Shown in pieces: positions 35,221-51,827 of a DNA stretch of 64,000 nt. Numbering within the stretch: position 1 is the first letter of the stretch; every line of letters starts with the position of its first letter. The translations under genes and the position numbers were made by a program. Under the pieces are notes generated by a model, which was given only the letters and a program-made list of their open reading frames with translations, did no database searches and was not told the origin of the DNA. The stretch is from the human T2T-CHM13v2.0 reference genome, Homo sapiens: the NCBI RefSeq assembly GCF_009914755.1, contig NC_060930.1; one strand, 5' to 3'.

Positions 35221-35773
35221 GTGGGGGCAGCCAGCACAATGGTCTGTGAAGCCCTGTTGGTTCCTGCTTGGGCTCAGGACCCCAGAGGCCCTGCCTGTCC
35301 AGGGCCTATGGGGCCCTAGAGTTGAGGACCCACAGGAAAATGGGGATGGGGCATCCCAAGGCAGAGGGAGGGCATCATGTCTGAGGAACGTGATGAACCC
35401 CACGAGGGCTGCAGGGGCTGGACAGTCAGCCCCGCACTTGACCTAAGAAACAGGTGACCAGTGGGGTGGCGAGTAAAGCACAGGATGGATAGAGTCAGCG
35501 TCTTCCTGCTGAGTCCAGCAGACACCACCGTGCCTGCTCTGTGCCAGGCACAGATCTAGGTTCTTCAGGGATCTGAGATGAATAAGACTTGGTTACTGCC
35601 CTCCTGGAGCTCACAGTCTGGTGGGAGAAAGACGTGGCGGTGGCATATAGATAAATCTTTAGCATGCAACATGATGAAGGCCACTAGGGAGGTATGTGAC
35701 TGTGTCATAAGAGCCCTGAGAAGGAAGCATTTGACACGAGCTTGGGGGATGACGCTTGAGAGCTGAATCTTGA

Positions 35774-36450
<677 letters not shown>

Positions 36451-37184
36451 TGCAATAACTTTAGAATATACAACCAAGGATGTAAACTGTGAAGACAAGA
36501 CCTTTGCTAAGTTGCCATCATTTCCCCAGGGCCTGTTTTTGTGCCTGACATTTAATAGATGCTCAAAAACTATTTGTTGAAGACATGGGCACTGTGCTGC
36601 ACCCTGTGGGTATAACGTGCGCAGCACAGATCGGTGACTGTCCCTCTTGGACTCACTATAATTAACTGGTAACAGTAACCTAGTAAATGCCATGGTAGAG
36701 AATTGGGGCAGACACCTAATCTTGGAGTGGGGGTTGGGAATCCAGGGAAGTCTTCCAGAGTGGGCAATGCATATGCTGAACCTGAAGGTCCTAGCAGGAA
36801 TTAGTTGGGGCAAGAGTGTTCAGGCAGAGGGAAGAGTGCTCAGGCAGGACAGCCTGTGTATGTGTGAGAATATGGGGCTTTGTCTCAAGGACAATGGGGT
36901 TTAGGAAAAATAGTGCTGTGATACATTTTGACGCAAAGAGAATGAATCAGAGAGGGAAGGAAGATGGGAGACAGGCAGGCGAGAGAACATTAACACCAAG
37001 GGACAGAGAGGGGATCATGGTCCATCCAGGCTAGGGCAGAGGCCATGGGGACAGGTAAAGAACCAGATTTGTGGAGTCTTCCGGTCTTGGAGACTGATGG
37101 GCTGAGGGGAGAAGAAGATAAAGGGGACAATAGGATTCCCAGATCCTAGGCATTGGGGAACAGGTGAGTGGGATCATTATGTAA

Positions 37185-37506
<322 letters not shown>

Positions 37507-37515
37507 CCCCCACCC

Positions 37516-37819
37516 TTTTTTTTTTTTTTTAATTGAGACAGAGTCTTACTCTGTCACCCAGGCTAGAGTGCAGTGGTGCAATTTTGGCTCACTGCAGCCA
37601 CCGCCTCCAGGTTCAAGCGATTCTCATGCCTCAGCCTCTCATGTAGCTGGGAATACAGGTGCGTGCCACCAAGCCTGGCTCATGTTTTGTTTTTTTTTAG
37701 TAGAGATAGGGTTTCACCATGTTGGTCAGGCTGGTCTCAGACTCCTGGCCTAAAGTGATCTGCCTGCCTTGGCCTCCCAAAGTGCTGGGATTACAGGCAT
37801 GAGCCACCCTGCTCGGCCA
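37516..37819 (-). mobile_element. AluS (tandem with previous)
   Basis: Antisense Alu dimer. Confidence 0.93.
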
Positions 37820-38616
37820 GCTACTTCTTATTCAAATGCACAGTTTGCATGTGGCTCACAGCCAGTGGTGACCGATCAACCAGTGAAAGGGGTGGGCCTG
37901 TGCTGGTACCCAGCAGGCTCTCATGCCCCTGCCCTCCCCCGCCAGCCTACTCCTCCCAGTCTGAACCCCACCCTGCCAGCCCTGGTTCTTGGTCTTGGGG
38001 CTTTCTTCATTGCCTCCTCCCTTCACTCCCTGGTTCTCAGGGAAGCAGAAAGTTTTCCTTGCTGGCCAGAGCCCAGCCGCCCAGCCCAGGATTGCATGAG
38101 CCCTCCTCGCTCATTCTGGCTTCTTACTCATTTGTGCATGGAAATGCCCTGCCAGACTCGGCTTGACCACACTGACCTGCTTTCCCAGTTACAAGCTTCC
38201 CTCTTTGGTTCTCTCATCTTTCTTCTGAAGCTGCAGCTTCTTTGAAAATCTCCCCAATCCTTCCAGAGCCCCTTTGCCTCACCATGCACCCACACGAGGA
38301 CATAACAGAGCCAAAGGTCTGGCCGACACATCCCGACACACCCTCACTCTGACACACAGACACCAAGGCACATTCACAAATAAGCACAGGGAGATGTGTA
38401 GATAGGAAGCTCAAGAGCACAGGGCCTGGGTCTGATTCTTTCAGTATTATATCCCTGAAGCCTGTCACTCAGGAGATGCTCAATAAGTATTTGTTGAATG
38501 AAAGAATGGGGTAGATGCAGGGATGAGCCATGCAGACCTCCCTGCAAGAAAGGATGATTGCCTGGCGTGAGGTGTGGTGTGCTGACAGTTCTAGCTGTTG
38601 GCCCCTTCAGGGACTA

Positions 38617-39065
<449 letters not shown>

Positions 39066-40451
39066 CACAGTAGTGGCTCTAGCACCTGGCCATTACCAAC
39101 TCAAGGTTCCTCTAATGGGCAGTCTTTGCTCAGGAGTTCCCCACTGGGCTGGTGGATAGGGGTCAGATCTGCTTCACGGTCTCATGGTCTCTGCCCAATC
39201 CTGCTCTTGCCTGCTTCCTTTCCTCGGACTCACTCCCCAGCAAACCTTTCCTCATCTCTGCAGGTTCTTCCCAGATAACCTGACCTGTGACATTTCATGG
39301 ACAGGTACATCCAGATTACAAAGAACCACACACACACAGACACACACACCCCTGTGAGTGCCCGAGGGCAGGGTCTGAGCCGTACCTTTATGTAAAGCTC
39401 AGTCCTGAACATATATCAGATGCTCAAGAACTCACCAATGAGTGACTGAATGGGACAGAGATCCCCAAGATAACTGACCACCTGGTGGGAGGCCAGTGAC
39501 TGGATATGCTGACCTTGCTAGATGTTTCCAAATTGGGGTTCCCAGGGCATCCTTGAAGGCAGTGACAGAGGTGATAGAGCTGTTTGCAAGATTTAAATAG
39601 TCTCGTGGGATGTGTGCTTTTAGCTGAGAAAAGGCCACTCAGGTAAACTAAGAGGTGAGATCTTGTGCTTTTTGTGGGAATTATGTCAGGATAGTGCACT
39701 ACTATGGAGCTATCTTGGGATGAGCAAAAGTTCCATCTGGCACTGACATATTAAAATGTTTTTCACTGGGCATCATGGAGACAGTGGAGAGGAATGGGAA
39801 GGTCCCATTCCTTTCCCATGGGAAAGTCCCATGGCTTTGGACTCCCCTGCCAGGTGTCATTAGGCAAATCAGCCTACATCTCTGAGTCTCAGTTTCCCCA
39901 TCCGTAAAGTGGGATCTAGGAGTGTCCTCTGATGGGGCTGTAAAGACAATAATCTAAAGAACCCAGTATAGTGCCTTGCCCTGAGTGATTGGCAGCTACT
40001 GTTATTATCAGTTAGCATCTTTAGTTTGCACATTAAGACATTTTGACCCATGGAGTATAAGTGCCTTCAGGCTAGCTTGGCAGGGATTAGCTGAACTACC
40101 CCGAATGGACCAGGTCCAGACAGACGCTGTTAATTTTGAGAATAAGAGAAGGCTCCAACTCTGAGGCCACAGCAGACGGGCATGAAGTTGACGAAGTTCC
40201 TCTAGATTAAGGGACAGGTTGGAAGAGTAGGATTTGCAGAGAATCCTCAAGTTCCCAGCTTGGTGGGTGGTGGCAGGGAGGTGGAAGGACTGTCTGCACT
40301 TGTGGAATTAGGGTTTGGTCCATGTCCCAGGGATGTTCATGTATATCAGCCTGAAAGGTCAATACATGCAAATGATCTGATACCAGGATCCACCAGGAAG
40401 ATGCACAGACCAGCCTTTCTATGGGTGCCCAAGGGGCTTTTAAGAAAGAAG

Positions 40452-40773
<322 letters not shown>

Positions 40774-41799
40774 CTACACCCCTATGAGTCAGGGAGCTGC
40801 ATATGAAGACTTTACACAGGCCATCTGGTCTCCTGGGAAATATACAGGTATGTTTCCGGTACGAAGACAGAGAGAAAGTGTGCCAAAGTGTTAACCAATA
40901 ATTTATTCACTTAGGGAGTGGAATAATGAGCATTTCAAATTTTCTGCTTTACATTTTTGTTTGTTTTGTCTTCTGCAAATTTGCTTCTATGGCTTGATCA
41001 TGTAGGTTGAGAGAGGGTGGAGTGGGCCAAGTCAACAAAAATGAAGACAGATAAAGAAAAAAAAAGACTGGATTATCCTCTGAGCCCAGTTAACCTGGGG
41101 GATGAGGCTCTAGACTCTGCACTTTGGTATAATGAACAAGAATCCTCACTGCCAGCTTATGGTTTCTAGTAAACAAGGAAGAGTCACTGCAAGCCTCCTC
41201 TCCAGGTGGGGGCAGGGATGGCCCATGAAGCCTGAATGAAGATCTCCTATTCTTATTTATTTTCCTCTTCCCTTCTGTACAAGGAAGGGAATATGGAGGT
41301 GAGACTCCCATTTCCCGCCAGGACAGCTCTCAGTGGAGTTGGAGGCTCAGAGAGAGCCCATAGGATAGGTCTCTCCTGTCTTACCCCAGGCCCAGCTCCT
41401 CACTCTGGGGAGGAAGGGTTTGGACACAGGGCCTTCAGATCATATAGTAAAGTTTGTGTTTGGCACCCTCACCTCTCTTTCCTGAGCTCTCTTCCTACTT
41501 CCATGCAAACCTCCTTGTCCCCCATTTAATTTAATGTTAAATGGGGGACAAACCTGTCCCCTAGGAAGTTTAATGTTCCTCCTGGCCCCCAGCCTTACAT
41601 ATTCCCAACTTGTCTCTTTCTCATCTCCAACCTCTCTTCCCACTTTTACATTTCCCTCACTGCCCTGTTCTGCGCTCTCTGTCAAGCATGCTGGCCACTA
41701 ATTCATACTACAGTGTAAAGGGCCACCACTCTATAGTAACATTCATAAACAAGATACTTAGACAAGCAGTTTTGGCAATGGAAGTCAGTTAGAGGCACT

Positions 41800-42171
41800 A
41801 TGATATGGTTTGGCTCTGTGTCCCCACCCAAATCTCATCTCGAATTGTAATCCCCATAATCCGCATGTGTCAAGAGTGGGACCTGGTGGGAGGTGATTGG
41901 ATCATGGAGGCAGTGTCCACCATGCTGTTTTTGTGATAGTGAGTGAGTTCCCACGAGATCTGATAGTTTTATGTGTTTGACAGTTCCTCCTACTCTCTCT
42001 CTCTCTCGGCTGCTACCATGTAAGATCGTGCCTGCTTCCCCTACTGCCGTGATTGTAGCTTCCTGAGACCTCCCCAGCCATGCAGAACTGTGAGTTAATT
42101 AAACCTCTTTTCTCTATAAATTACCCAATTTCAGGCAGTTCTTTATAGCGGTGTGAAAATGGACTAATACA
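41800..42171 (+). mobile_element. THE1D/MSTA-like (MaLR) solo LTR
   Basis: tgatatggtttggctctgtgtccccacccaaatctcatc...ggactaataca. Confidence 0.88.
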
Positions 42172-43057
42172 AGCCAGAACACAGTGCTGGAATCAGAAGG
42201 TCTGTCTTGAGTCTTGCATTTGCCTCTAAATCATTGGTTGACCTTGAACAAGTCATACCACCTTTCTGGGCTTCAATTTCCTAACCAGTGGAAATATAGA
42301 AGTTGTTTTTAAATTTTTTTTAAAGATTTAAGAGATTCTGTCACAAGATTCTGTCCCCATTATCTCATCTGATTCTCACACGAATCCTGCGGTTACATGG
42401 GCAGGAACCCTATTATTCTATTTGTCTTTCAAAATTGGGCTCAGATAAGCCTCTCTCCTGTACACCATTTCTTGACCCTCCCCACAAGTTAATCATTCTA
42501 TCCTGGGGGTGGCCTCTGAAGCTGGCAATAGCTCTTGTGGTTCTACTCAACCCCCTCAATTTGCATCCAGGGCTGTGACCCCTTATTGTCCATTCGGGTG
42601 TCCAGGGCCTGGCACAAATAGGGCCTCGATGGCCATTGTAGGAAATGTTGAAGGACACCAACTCATATTGATGGGGCAGACTGCCATCCAGATCCTGACC
42701 TCCACCGTGTTAGCCTGTCTTCCACCGTGTTAGCTAGCCCACCCTGCTGGCCTCGAAACTCAGTAGGTAGGTGTGTCTTGATCATGGTCTCTAATCATAG
42801 TATTGAGAAGGAAAGATCAAAGGGTGGAGCCCTGAGCACCCTCAGTAGAGGCTGTTGCCCTCAGGACATCACACAGATGGTTCAAACACAGAAGAACTTC
42901 CAAATTACCTGCTCTGCCTGGGGCTGAATGTCATCATCTTATAAGTGCCTGTCCCAGGGCTGGCACCCAGTGGATGCTTCTCTGATGCCAAATGCTAGTT
43001 CTCATCTCTATTCTTTCCCTACCAGGTGAATCAGGCAGAGGGGAGATCCTAAGTAGG

Positions 43058-43409
<352 letters not shown>

Positions 43410-43569
43410 TAAGCAGAGGGTCCTGGCACCACCTATTTCCCCAGCACCTGTAGCATTTTGTAACTTATCCAGAGGGCTTGTTTCTCGTGCCCGAAGTTCA
43501 GGTGGCCTTCTCCTTGGGAGCACTTTCGAGGGTGGAGGGTGTGGCAGCAGCTGGGTCACTGGCAGTGCG

Positions 43570-43770
43570 GTGAGGGAAAACAAGGGTCTGGAGCTGGGCA
43601 GTTCCGACTCCACCACACGCTGGCTGTGCCAGCTGGGCAGGTCTCTGCCCCTTTCAGGCCCCAATGCCTTTCTCCTGAAAGATGGGGATAATAACAGTAG
43701 CTACCTCATTGGGTTCATAAGAGGACTAGGTGATAAAATGTTTGTGAAGTGCCAGGTAGAGTAACCTAGA
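43570..43770 (+). mobile_element. MIR
   Basis: gatggggataataacagtagctacctcattgggttcataag. Confidence 0.6.
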
Positions 43771-45250
43771 ATCATAATTTTTATGATTATCTCCAAACAC
43801 CGTTGCCATCAGCAGTAGGAAACACTGCTGCCATTGGCAGTAGGAAAAACTGGGCAGGACCCCTCCTGAGCAGCCCATGCCAGGACCTCAGGCTACAGTG
43901 ACCCCAGGAGTTGCCTTGGCAGGAGAAGGGTATCCAGGCAGCTGTGCTCTCACCACTGGCTGGGGCTGGAATGTTCCGAGTGCTTGCATAAGAACCAGGA
44001 TGGGGATCCAGGTAGCTCAGTGTTTGCAAAGCATAGCTTTCCCTGGGCCACAGAAGCTACCAGCCCTCATGGTGATGAAATGTGCCCACTGTGGGTGGAG
44101 CAGGTCAGCCACTGCCATGGCTGCCTTGCCCGCCTCGCCCCACTGGAGTAGCACAGAACAGTATGTCTTGCTCTGGGTTTCAGCCTGGCCCAAAGCCCAG
44201 GGTCCAGGTACAAGGGTGGAGGGTCAGGCAGAGGGAGTGAGGCAGCAGACCCCGGCATGAGCATTCGCTCTGCTGCTGCCAAGCAGGGTGGCCTTGGCCG
44301 GTCCTTCCCCTCAAAAGAGCTTGTTTTCAAGTGATTTCTAAGCCCCCTTTAGCTTGGAGAAGTTTCGTCCTCTCACACTCCTAGGGAAAGGCAGCCAGGT
44401 CAGTGTCCCGTAGCATTTCATGGCCCCCAATCTCTGGTTCTGCCAAGAAAACTAAAAGTTTGGGTTCTGGTTTTCCTTCTTCCTTCCTTCATTCAGGTTT
44501 TCCTAAGGGCTGAGCACATTCTGTTGCAGGAAGCACCTGTTCTTGAGGCTTCAGGGTCCAAGTGAGAAGAAAAGACAAAAGACCCCACATACCCCAAGTC
44601 AGTCAGGTGACAGCAAGTACCCAGAAGGGCTGAGACAGAGGGTGTGAGGACAGCTCTGAGGAGGACATCAGGGGCTGCCAGAGAGCGGGGTGTGGCACGC
44701 AGGAGGGAAGAGAGGGCGTTCCAGGTGGGAGCCTGCAAGAGCCCAAACCGGATGTGGTTGAGTCAGGAAGGGCAGGAGTCAGAGGCTTGGACAGCAAATC
44801 ACTGGCCCTGAGATCACCCCAGGCTTTCACCACTGTGCATTGGCCCCTGCATGGATCTAGGGCCAGCCCTGCTGCAGGGGCTCCCTGGGGACTGGGCGTC
44901 CCCTGGCCCAGACCCACCCCATTGCCTCTGTCCGTACAGGAGCTGCCTGTGACCAGCTGAGAGCAGCAACCTCTGGGGACAAGGCTATGTGGCTGCCAAG
45001 GCTGTGGCAGTAGCTGACTCTCACTCATCACTCTCCCTTTCAGTTTTCTTTCCGGGTTCACTTCAGGAGCTGTGATTTTCCTACGGCTGAGTCACCCAGG
45101 GAAGGGCAATAATAAAGGGTGATTAACAGTGTTTCAGTTCCTAGGATTTCCCATCTCAGTTTATATGAATTTGGAGCAAAGCCACAGAAGTACAGGTGGT
45201 GAGGGAGGCAAGGGCCTTTGCAGGGACCTAAGGAGACCACTCCCCTCAGA

Positions 45251-45679
45251 CTAGGGTTCCCTGAGGAGAGGGCTGCGTCTCCCCTCAGACTGGGGCTCCC
45301 TGAGGACGGGGCTGCGTCTCCCCTCAGACTAGGGTTCCCTGAGGAGAGGGCTGCGTCTCCCCTCAGACTAGGGTTCCCTGAGGACGGGGCTGCGTCTCCC
45401 CTCAGACTAGGGTTCCCTGAGGAGAGGGCTGCGTCTCCCCTCAGACTGGGGCTCCCTGAGGACGGGGCTGCGTCTCCCCTCAGACTAGGGTTCCCTGAGG
45501 AGAGGGCTGCGTCTCCCCTCAGACTGGGGCTCCCTGAGGACGGGGCTGCGTCTCCCCTCAGACTAGGGTTCCCTGAGGAGAGGGCTGCGTCTCCCCTCAG
45601 ACTAGGGTTCCCTGAGGAGAGGGCTGCGTCTCCCCTCAGACTGGGGCTCCCTGAGGACGGGGCTGCGTCTCCCCTCAGA
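45251..45679. repeat. 39-bp GC-rich minisatellite (VNTR), 11 complete units plus degenerate flanking units (~45221-45760)
   Basis: Unit ctagggttccctgaggagagggctgcgtctcccctcaga; variant order A B A C A B A B A A B. Confidence 0.97.
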
Positions 45680-47941
45680 CTAGGGCCCTGAGGACGGGGC
45701 TGTATCTTCGTTCTATCCCTTCTACTGGGGCTTCCTGAGGAGTGGGTACAGCTCTCTTTCTTCTGTACCAGGTCCACTGTAGCCATGGGCCATTGGGTAC
45801 CTCTGCAGAGGTCCTATTGGGCCCACGGACTAGAGCAGAGCAGATGGCCTGGGTCCGCCTGGTAGGGTCTCTCCTCACACCAGGAAAAGATGACGACACA
45901 GAAAGTCCCTCATTTCTCCCCCGTGCTTGTGCTTGCTCTTCGTTCCTTTCTCCTTCTCTCAGTCAGACCACAAAGGGCTACAGCCCTTTCCTGCATCTCT
46001 CACTGCCCCTCCCACTACCTGTCCACTCCCACCCAGCCCTTTGGTCACTGTTCTGACCCAGAGCCACCCTGGTACTCATTGACCAGGGGGCAAAGGTGCC
46101 AGAACTGGGCACTGCCAGCAAAACCAGAGCCCAAGTCAACTGTGCAAGGAGGGGCTTCTCTCCTGTCTCCTCTCCACTGCTGGCTGACTAAAGTCCACCT
46201 GGACTCTCCTTGGCTGCAATCCCCAATGGGAGCTGCCGGCTAGAGAGAACTGACTTGCGCTGCCATGGCAGGATAGGTGACAGGAACGACCTGCTGGGAG
46301 CCTAGACCAGCTCCAGGAGAGGTCACCTTCCACCAGTGAAAGACACTACCAACACTTCCACCACCTCTCAGTGCTGTGGGTGACCGGGAGCTGCTCCTTG
46401 AGGTGACACCTGTGTGGCCTGGGGGCCCCTTCCACACACTGCTGTTCGTTCCCAGCAGCAGATCCTGTTGCAGAGCCATCCTCGGGACTGCGGGTGTTAA
46501 CGAAGCCTGTGATCTTCCTCAGACTTTTCCACCAGAGAGGCACCTGAAGGAGCCACACCACATTCCCCTGAAGGCTTGTGTGTGGGCGTGGGCTTGGCTC
46601 AAAACAGCCAACCCAGAGCACCAGTGGGATCGCAAGTCTTCCGTTTATTGAATATCCACACAGGCATCTTACATTCTACTTCATCATACTGTTTAATGTG
46701 AAAATAATATTTTCCTCACATTCTTTGAGCCAAATTGCTGCTCTAGGAAGGTGGGGCACATTCATCCTGTGGCTTTCCTGCCCTGGGCACAATGGTGCTA
46801 GTGCTGGGTGCCCAGAGCAGGTGGCCCAGGGGCCCAGGTAACTTCAGATTTGGTCCCAATGCAGACGCATCTCCCCACTCAGGTGTGCAAGAAGCGTCTC
46901 TATCCTTCCTGGCCTCACCTTTCCTGGTGATTCCTGTGGAAGGCAGATTGGGTCACCTGTTCACCCAGGGGGTGCTCTCTGGCTGCAGGATGCCCTGCAG
47001 CTCCTCCTCCCCACTGCCCTCCAGCCTGCTAGGCCTCTACTCCCGCATCATTGGCTGAGAAGTCCCTTTGTCAGAGGCTACTGAGCTCTGCTCCTGGGGA
47101 GAGAACAGACGGGAATCCTGCTCACGGATGAAGGCCCTAGTGAAGCTGTGGACAGTTGGGAGTGCATGTCTCATCCCATTCCAGGAGGTCTTGTCCTGCC
47201 ATGGCCCGCCTTTGCAGGCATGCAGTGGGCTGTGCTGGCTCCTGGCAGTGGCTGTGGCCTCCTGGCCAGAATCTGGGCAAACCCTGAGAAGGAGGTGCTG
47301 TGAGCACCTGGGGGAAGCTTCCCTTTCCCTCCTCCATACCCAATACATCAACAAGACCCAATATTTCTGCTTCTCAAATGCTTCTTGAATCCATTTCACT
47401 TTATTCAAGGTAGGCTTTATACAAATCTTATCACATTATTTTGCTTAAAACCCTTCCTTCCATGACTTCACACCAGACTCCTCATATAAAGTTTAACTGG
47501 TTTGCCAATCTCACCCTCCTCGTCTCTCAGCTCTGTCTCAATGCTGACTTCTTCTTTTTTTCCTTTAGCAGCTTTGCACATGCTGTTCCCTCCCTGCATG
47601 GAGCACTAAGCATCTACCCTGACGTCCCTCTGTCCCTCATTGCCCTACCTGTCTCTTCCACATCTGGCCACTTTCTCCTTCCTCCTCCCTTCCCAGCTTC
47701 CCAATTCCTCAGGCCAGGGTGGCTCTCAGAGCACTTTTCCACCTGGTTGGTGTTACTTGCTAGATGTTAACTGAGGTCCTTATTTCCTCAGGAGGACCAT
47801 GACAAAGCAGAAAGCAGAAAAGTCACTGGACTTTGTGTCCTGAATCCTAAGCCCTTAGGGGAACTGAAAGGTTTAAGTCATTAAAAAAAAAAAGGGGAGA
47901 CATTAGAAAAAAAAAAAGTAAACTGGACCATTCCCCACTCT

Positions 47942-48390
47942 TGTGGTAGCTTGTATTTTTCAAACGTGGCCATGGCCATAGTTTCTTTTCCACATGCTCT
48001 TCCAGAACCTTTCCAATCAAGAGTTGGATATTTCCTCATCCCATTGAAACTGAGTGGGATCTTGAGACGACTAGGTGGACAGAATGTGGCGCAAGCCTAA
48101 TCTTCCCAGGGTAGGTCATTGCAGCAGTTCAGCTTCTCTCTCTCTTTCTGTCCATACTCACCCTTGAAAACCAGCCGCCGTGTTGTCAGGAAGCCAAGGC
48201 CACATGGGGAGGCCACCTGTACATATTCTAAGTTTTCAGCCAACAGCCAGGCATGTGAGTGAATCTTCAGATGATCTTGCTGCAGCCTTCCAGCTTCCCC
48301 AGCGGATGCCCAGCAGAACAGAAGTGTCCCCGCTGAGCCCTGCCTGAATTGTGAATTTTTTTGTTACATATCCACAGTAACTGAATCCCA
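47942..48390 (+). mobile_element. MLT1 (F/G/H-like) LTR
   Basis: tgtggtagc...ccagccgccgtgttgtcaggaagccaaggccacatgg...ccccgctgagccctgcctgaattg. Confidence 0.65.
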
Positions 48391-48567
48391 CCCTGCTCCC
48401 CATCCCTTCCTTGACTTGATAAATACTTTTCCTGGACTAGAAGAAAGGAGGTGATGGCAGAAAAGGAGTAGGCAGCATTGACAACAGATATATTCTCCTT
48501 CTACCTCATTTGAGGCAGCACTTGAAATAAAGATGGCATTATTAGAAAATAAAGAACATTATATTAT

Positions 48568-48867
48568 GGCCAGGTGCAGTGGCTCATGCCTACAATCCCA
48601 GCACTTTGGGAGGCCGAGGTGGGCAGATCACCTGAGGACTGGAATTCAAGACCAGCCTGGCCAATATGGCGAAATCCTGTCTTTACTGAAAATACAAAAA
48701 TTAGCTGGGTGTGGTGACCAGCACCTGTAATCCCAGCTACTCAGGTGGCTAAGGCAGGAGAATCACTTAAATCCGGGAGGCGGAGGGTGCAGTGAGCAGA
48801 GATCGCGCCATTGCCCTCCAGCCTGGGCGACAGAGTGAGACTCTGTCTCAAAAAAAAAAAAAAAAAA
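48568..48867 (+). mobile_element. AluSx-like
   Basis: TSD aataaagaacattatatt. Confidence 0.95.
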
Positions 48868-49380
48868 GAATAAAGAACATTATATTTTTCCTTTCACACA
48901 CAGAACTGGGATTGCCTGTTGATGTGTTTGTGTCCGTGGCCCCATATCTGTATCCTCAATAGGCCCTGCCTGTCATTGTCTTGGTCCCTGTGACAACTCA
49001 GCTTAGAATAAGGCCTGTTATAGAGGAGATGCTTGATAAATATATGGCGATTAATGAATGAATCAATGATCAACGATTGAAGAGTGAATGAGTGAAACCC
49101 GAAGCCCTGTCATCATGAACTTTTTATAAAGATCTTGGTCATTGATTCAAAGAATACTCTCCTAAGTCAGACCGAGAGACTCTTTTTATAAATAAGGACA
49201 CTGAAGTCCAGGGAGGGCAGGGATTGGCCCAAGGCCTCATGTCCAGCCAGTGGCAGAGCTGATCTAGAACTTGTCCAGGTGCCCAGCTCATGCTCTGCCC
49301 ATCCATTCCTCACTGGCCCTGACTGCTGGGCCAGTCGGGCCCTGGAAAGGCTGGACTGGGTGGCAGTTGTTATCGCGTCT

Positions 49381-49788
<408 letters not shown>

Positions 49789-50589
49789 TAGGTTGGGGAT
49801 GGGACCAGGAGGAGGTGTTGTGAAAGAGGACCTGGCATGCAGGTCATCCATAAATATTGGTTGAGTTGAATTGAAATAAACACCCAAATAGATATATAAT
49901 GACAAGCTTGCATGGTAAGTGCCATGAGATTTCAGGGAGATGTGAGGACCTACGAAGCGGGTTATGGCCTCTTTCTGGGAAGCCCTGTAAGGAGATGGCC
50001 TGGAGCTGAGCTCTACTGGAGAGGAGAGTGGGTGTGTGGGATGGGGTGAGTGGAGGCTCTGCCCATGTTCTAGGCAGTGTCTGAGGAACCAGGAGAGCTG
50101 ATACCTACTGCAGAGAGGGGAGAGCAGAGTATGGTGGTGACAGAGAAGCCAAGGCAGGCAAGGTAGGTGGAGAAGCCAAGGCAGGCAAGGTGGCCTGGAG
50201 GCCATGTTTGGGGTTTTGCACATTGTCCTGGGAGCAATGGGAAATTATTGAGGCATTTTTGGCAGAGGCAGGACAGATCAGTTCTGTCTTTTTAGAAGGC
50301 TTCTGTGACAGCTGCGTGGAGAATGGATGGGAGGGGGCTCTTGTGAGATGGAGAAAATGGTAGTGTGAAACTGCGTGGTGGCAGTGAAGCTGGGGAGAAG
50401 CGGCCAGAACTTAGAGGTCAAACAATAGGATTTTGCACTGAATTGGCAGTGAGGGGTTGGGAGAAAGAGGTCAAGCATTCATTCATTTACCAGTCACAAA
50501 ACAGCTCCTGGGTGCCCACCACACGCCAGAGACAGTCAGGAGCTAGCAAAGTCCCATCCTCCTGAAGTTTATCTTCTAGTGGGTTTTGT

Positions 50590-50721
50590 TTTTTTAAAAA
50601 TGGGCTTATTGAGATATAATATACATACCACACAGTTTACCCATTTAAATTGTACAAGTCAATGGTTCTTAGTATAATTCATAGATATGCGCCAACTTCA
50701 ACACAGTCTATTTTAGAACAC
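50590..50721 (-). mobile_element. L1MB 3' end (continues ~51700-51790)
   Basis: ttattgagatataat...cccatttaaattgtacaagtcaatgg; gcaactactaatctacttt. Confidence 0.75.
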
Positions 50722-51016
50722 TTTCTTTTTTCTTGAGACAGGTTCTCCCTCTGTTTCCCAGGCCAGAGGGTAGTGGTAAGATCACGGCTCACTGCAGCCT
50801 CAACCTCCTGGGCTCAAGAGATCCTCCTGCCTTAGCCTTCTGAGTACCTAGAAACACAGGTGTGTGCCACCATGCTCCATTAATATTTTTCTATTTTTGT
50901 AGAGATGGGGCCTCAACATGTTGCCCATGCTGGTCTTGAAATCCTGGACTCAAGCTCTACTCCTCCATCAGCCTCCCAAAGTGCTGGGATTACAGGCATG
51001 AGCAACTACTCCTGGC
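50722..51016 (-). mobile_element. AluJ
   Basis: Diverged antisense Alu. Confidence 0.9.
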
Positions 51017-51032
51017 CACTTTCTTCACCTCA

Positions 51033-51364
<332 letters not shown>

Positions 51365-51379
51365 TTAGTTATCACTTCC

Positions 51380-51769
<390 letters not shown>

Positions 51770-51827
51770 TAGATTTCCCTGTCTGGGCCTGTTTTGGAGG
51801 TAAGATCATGTTTATGACCTGGGGCAT

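Noticed and set aside
45251-45679. CRISPR-like array of palindromic repeats
   Set aside because: Units are contiguous with no unique spacers, there are no cas genes, and the context is primate; it is a minisatellite
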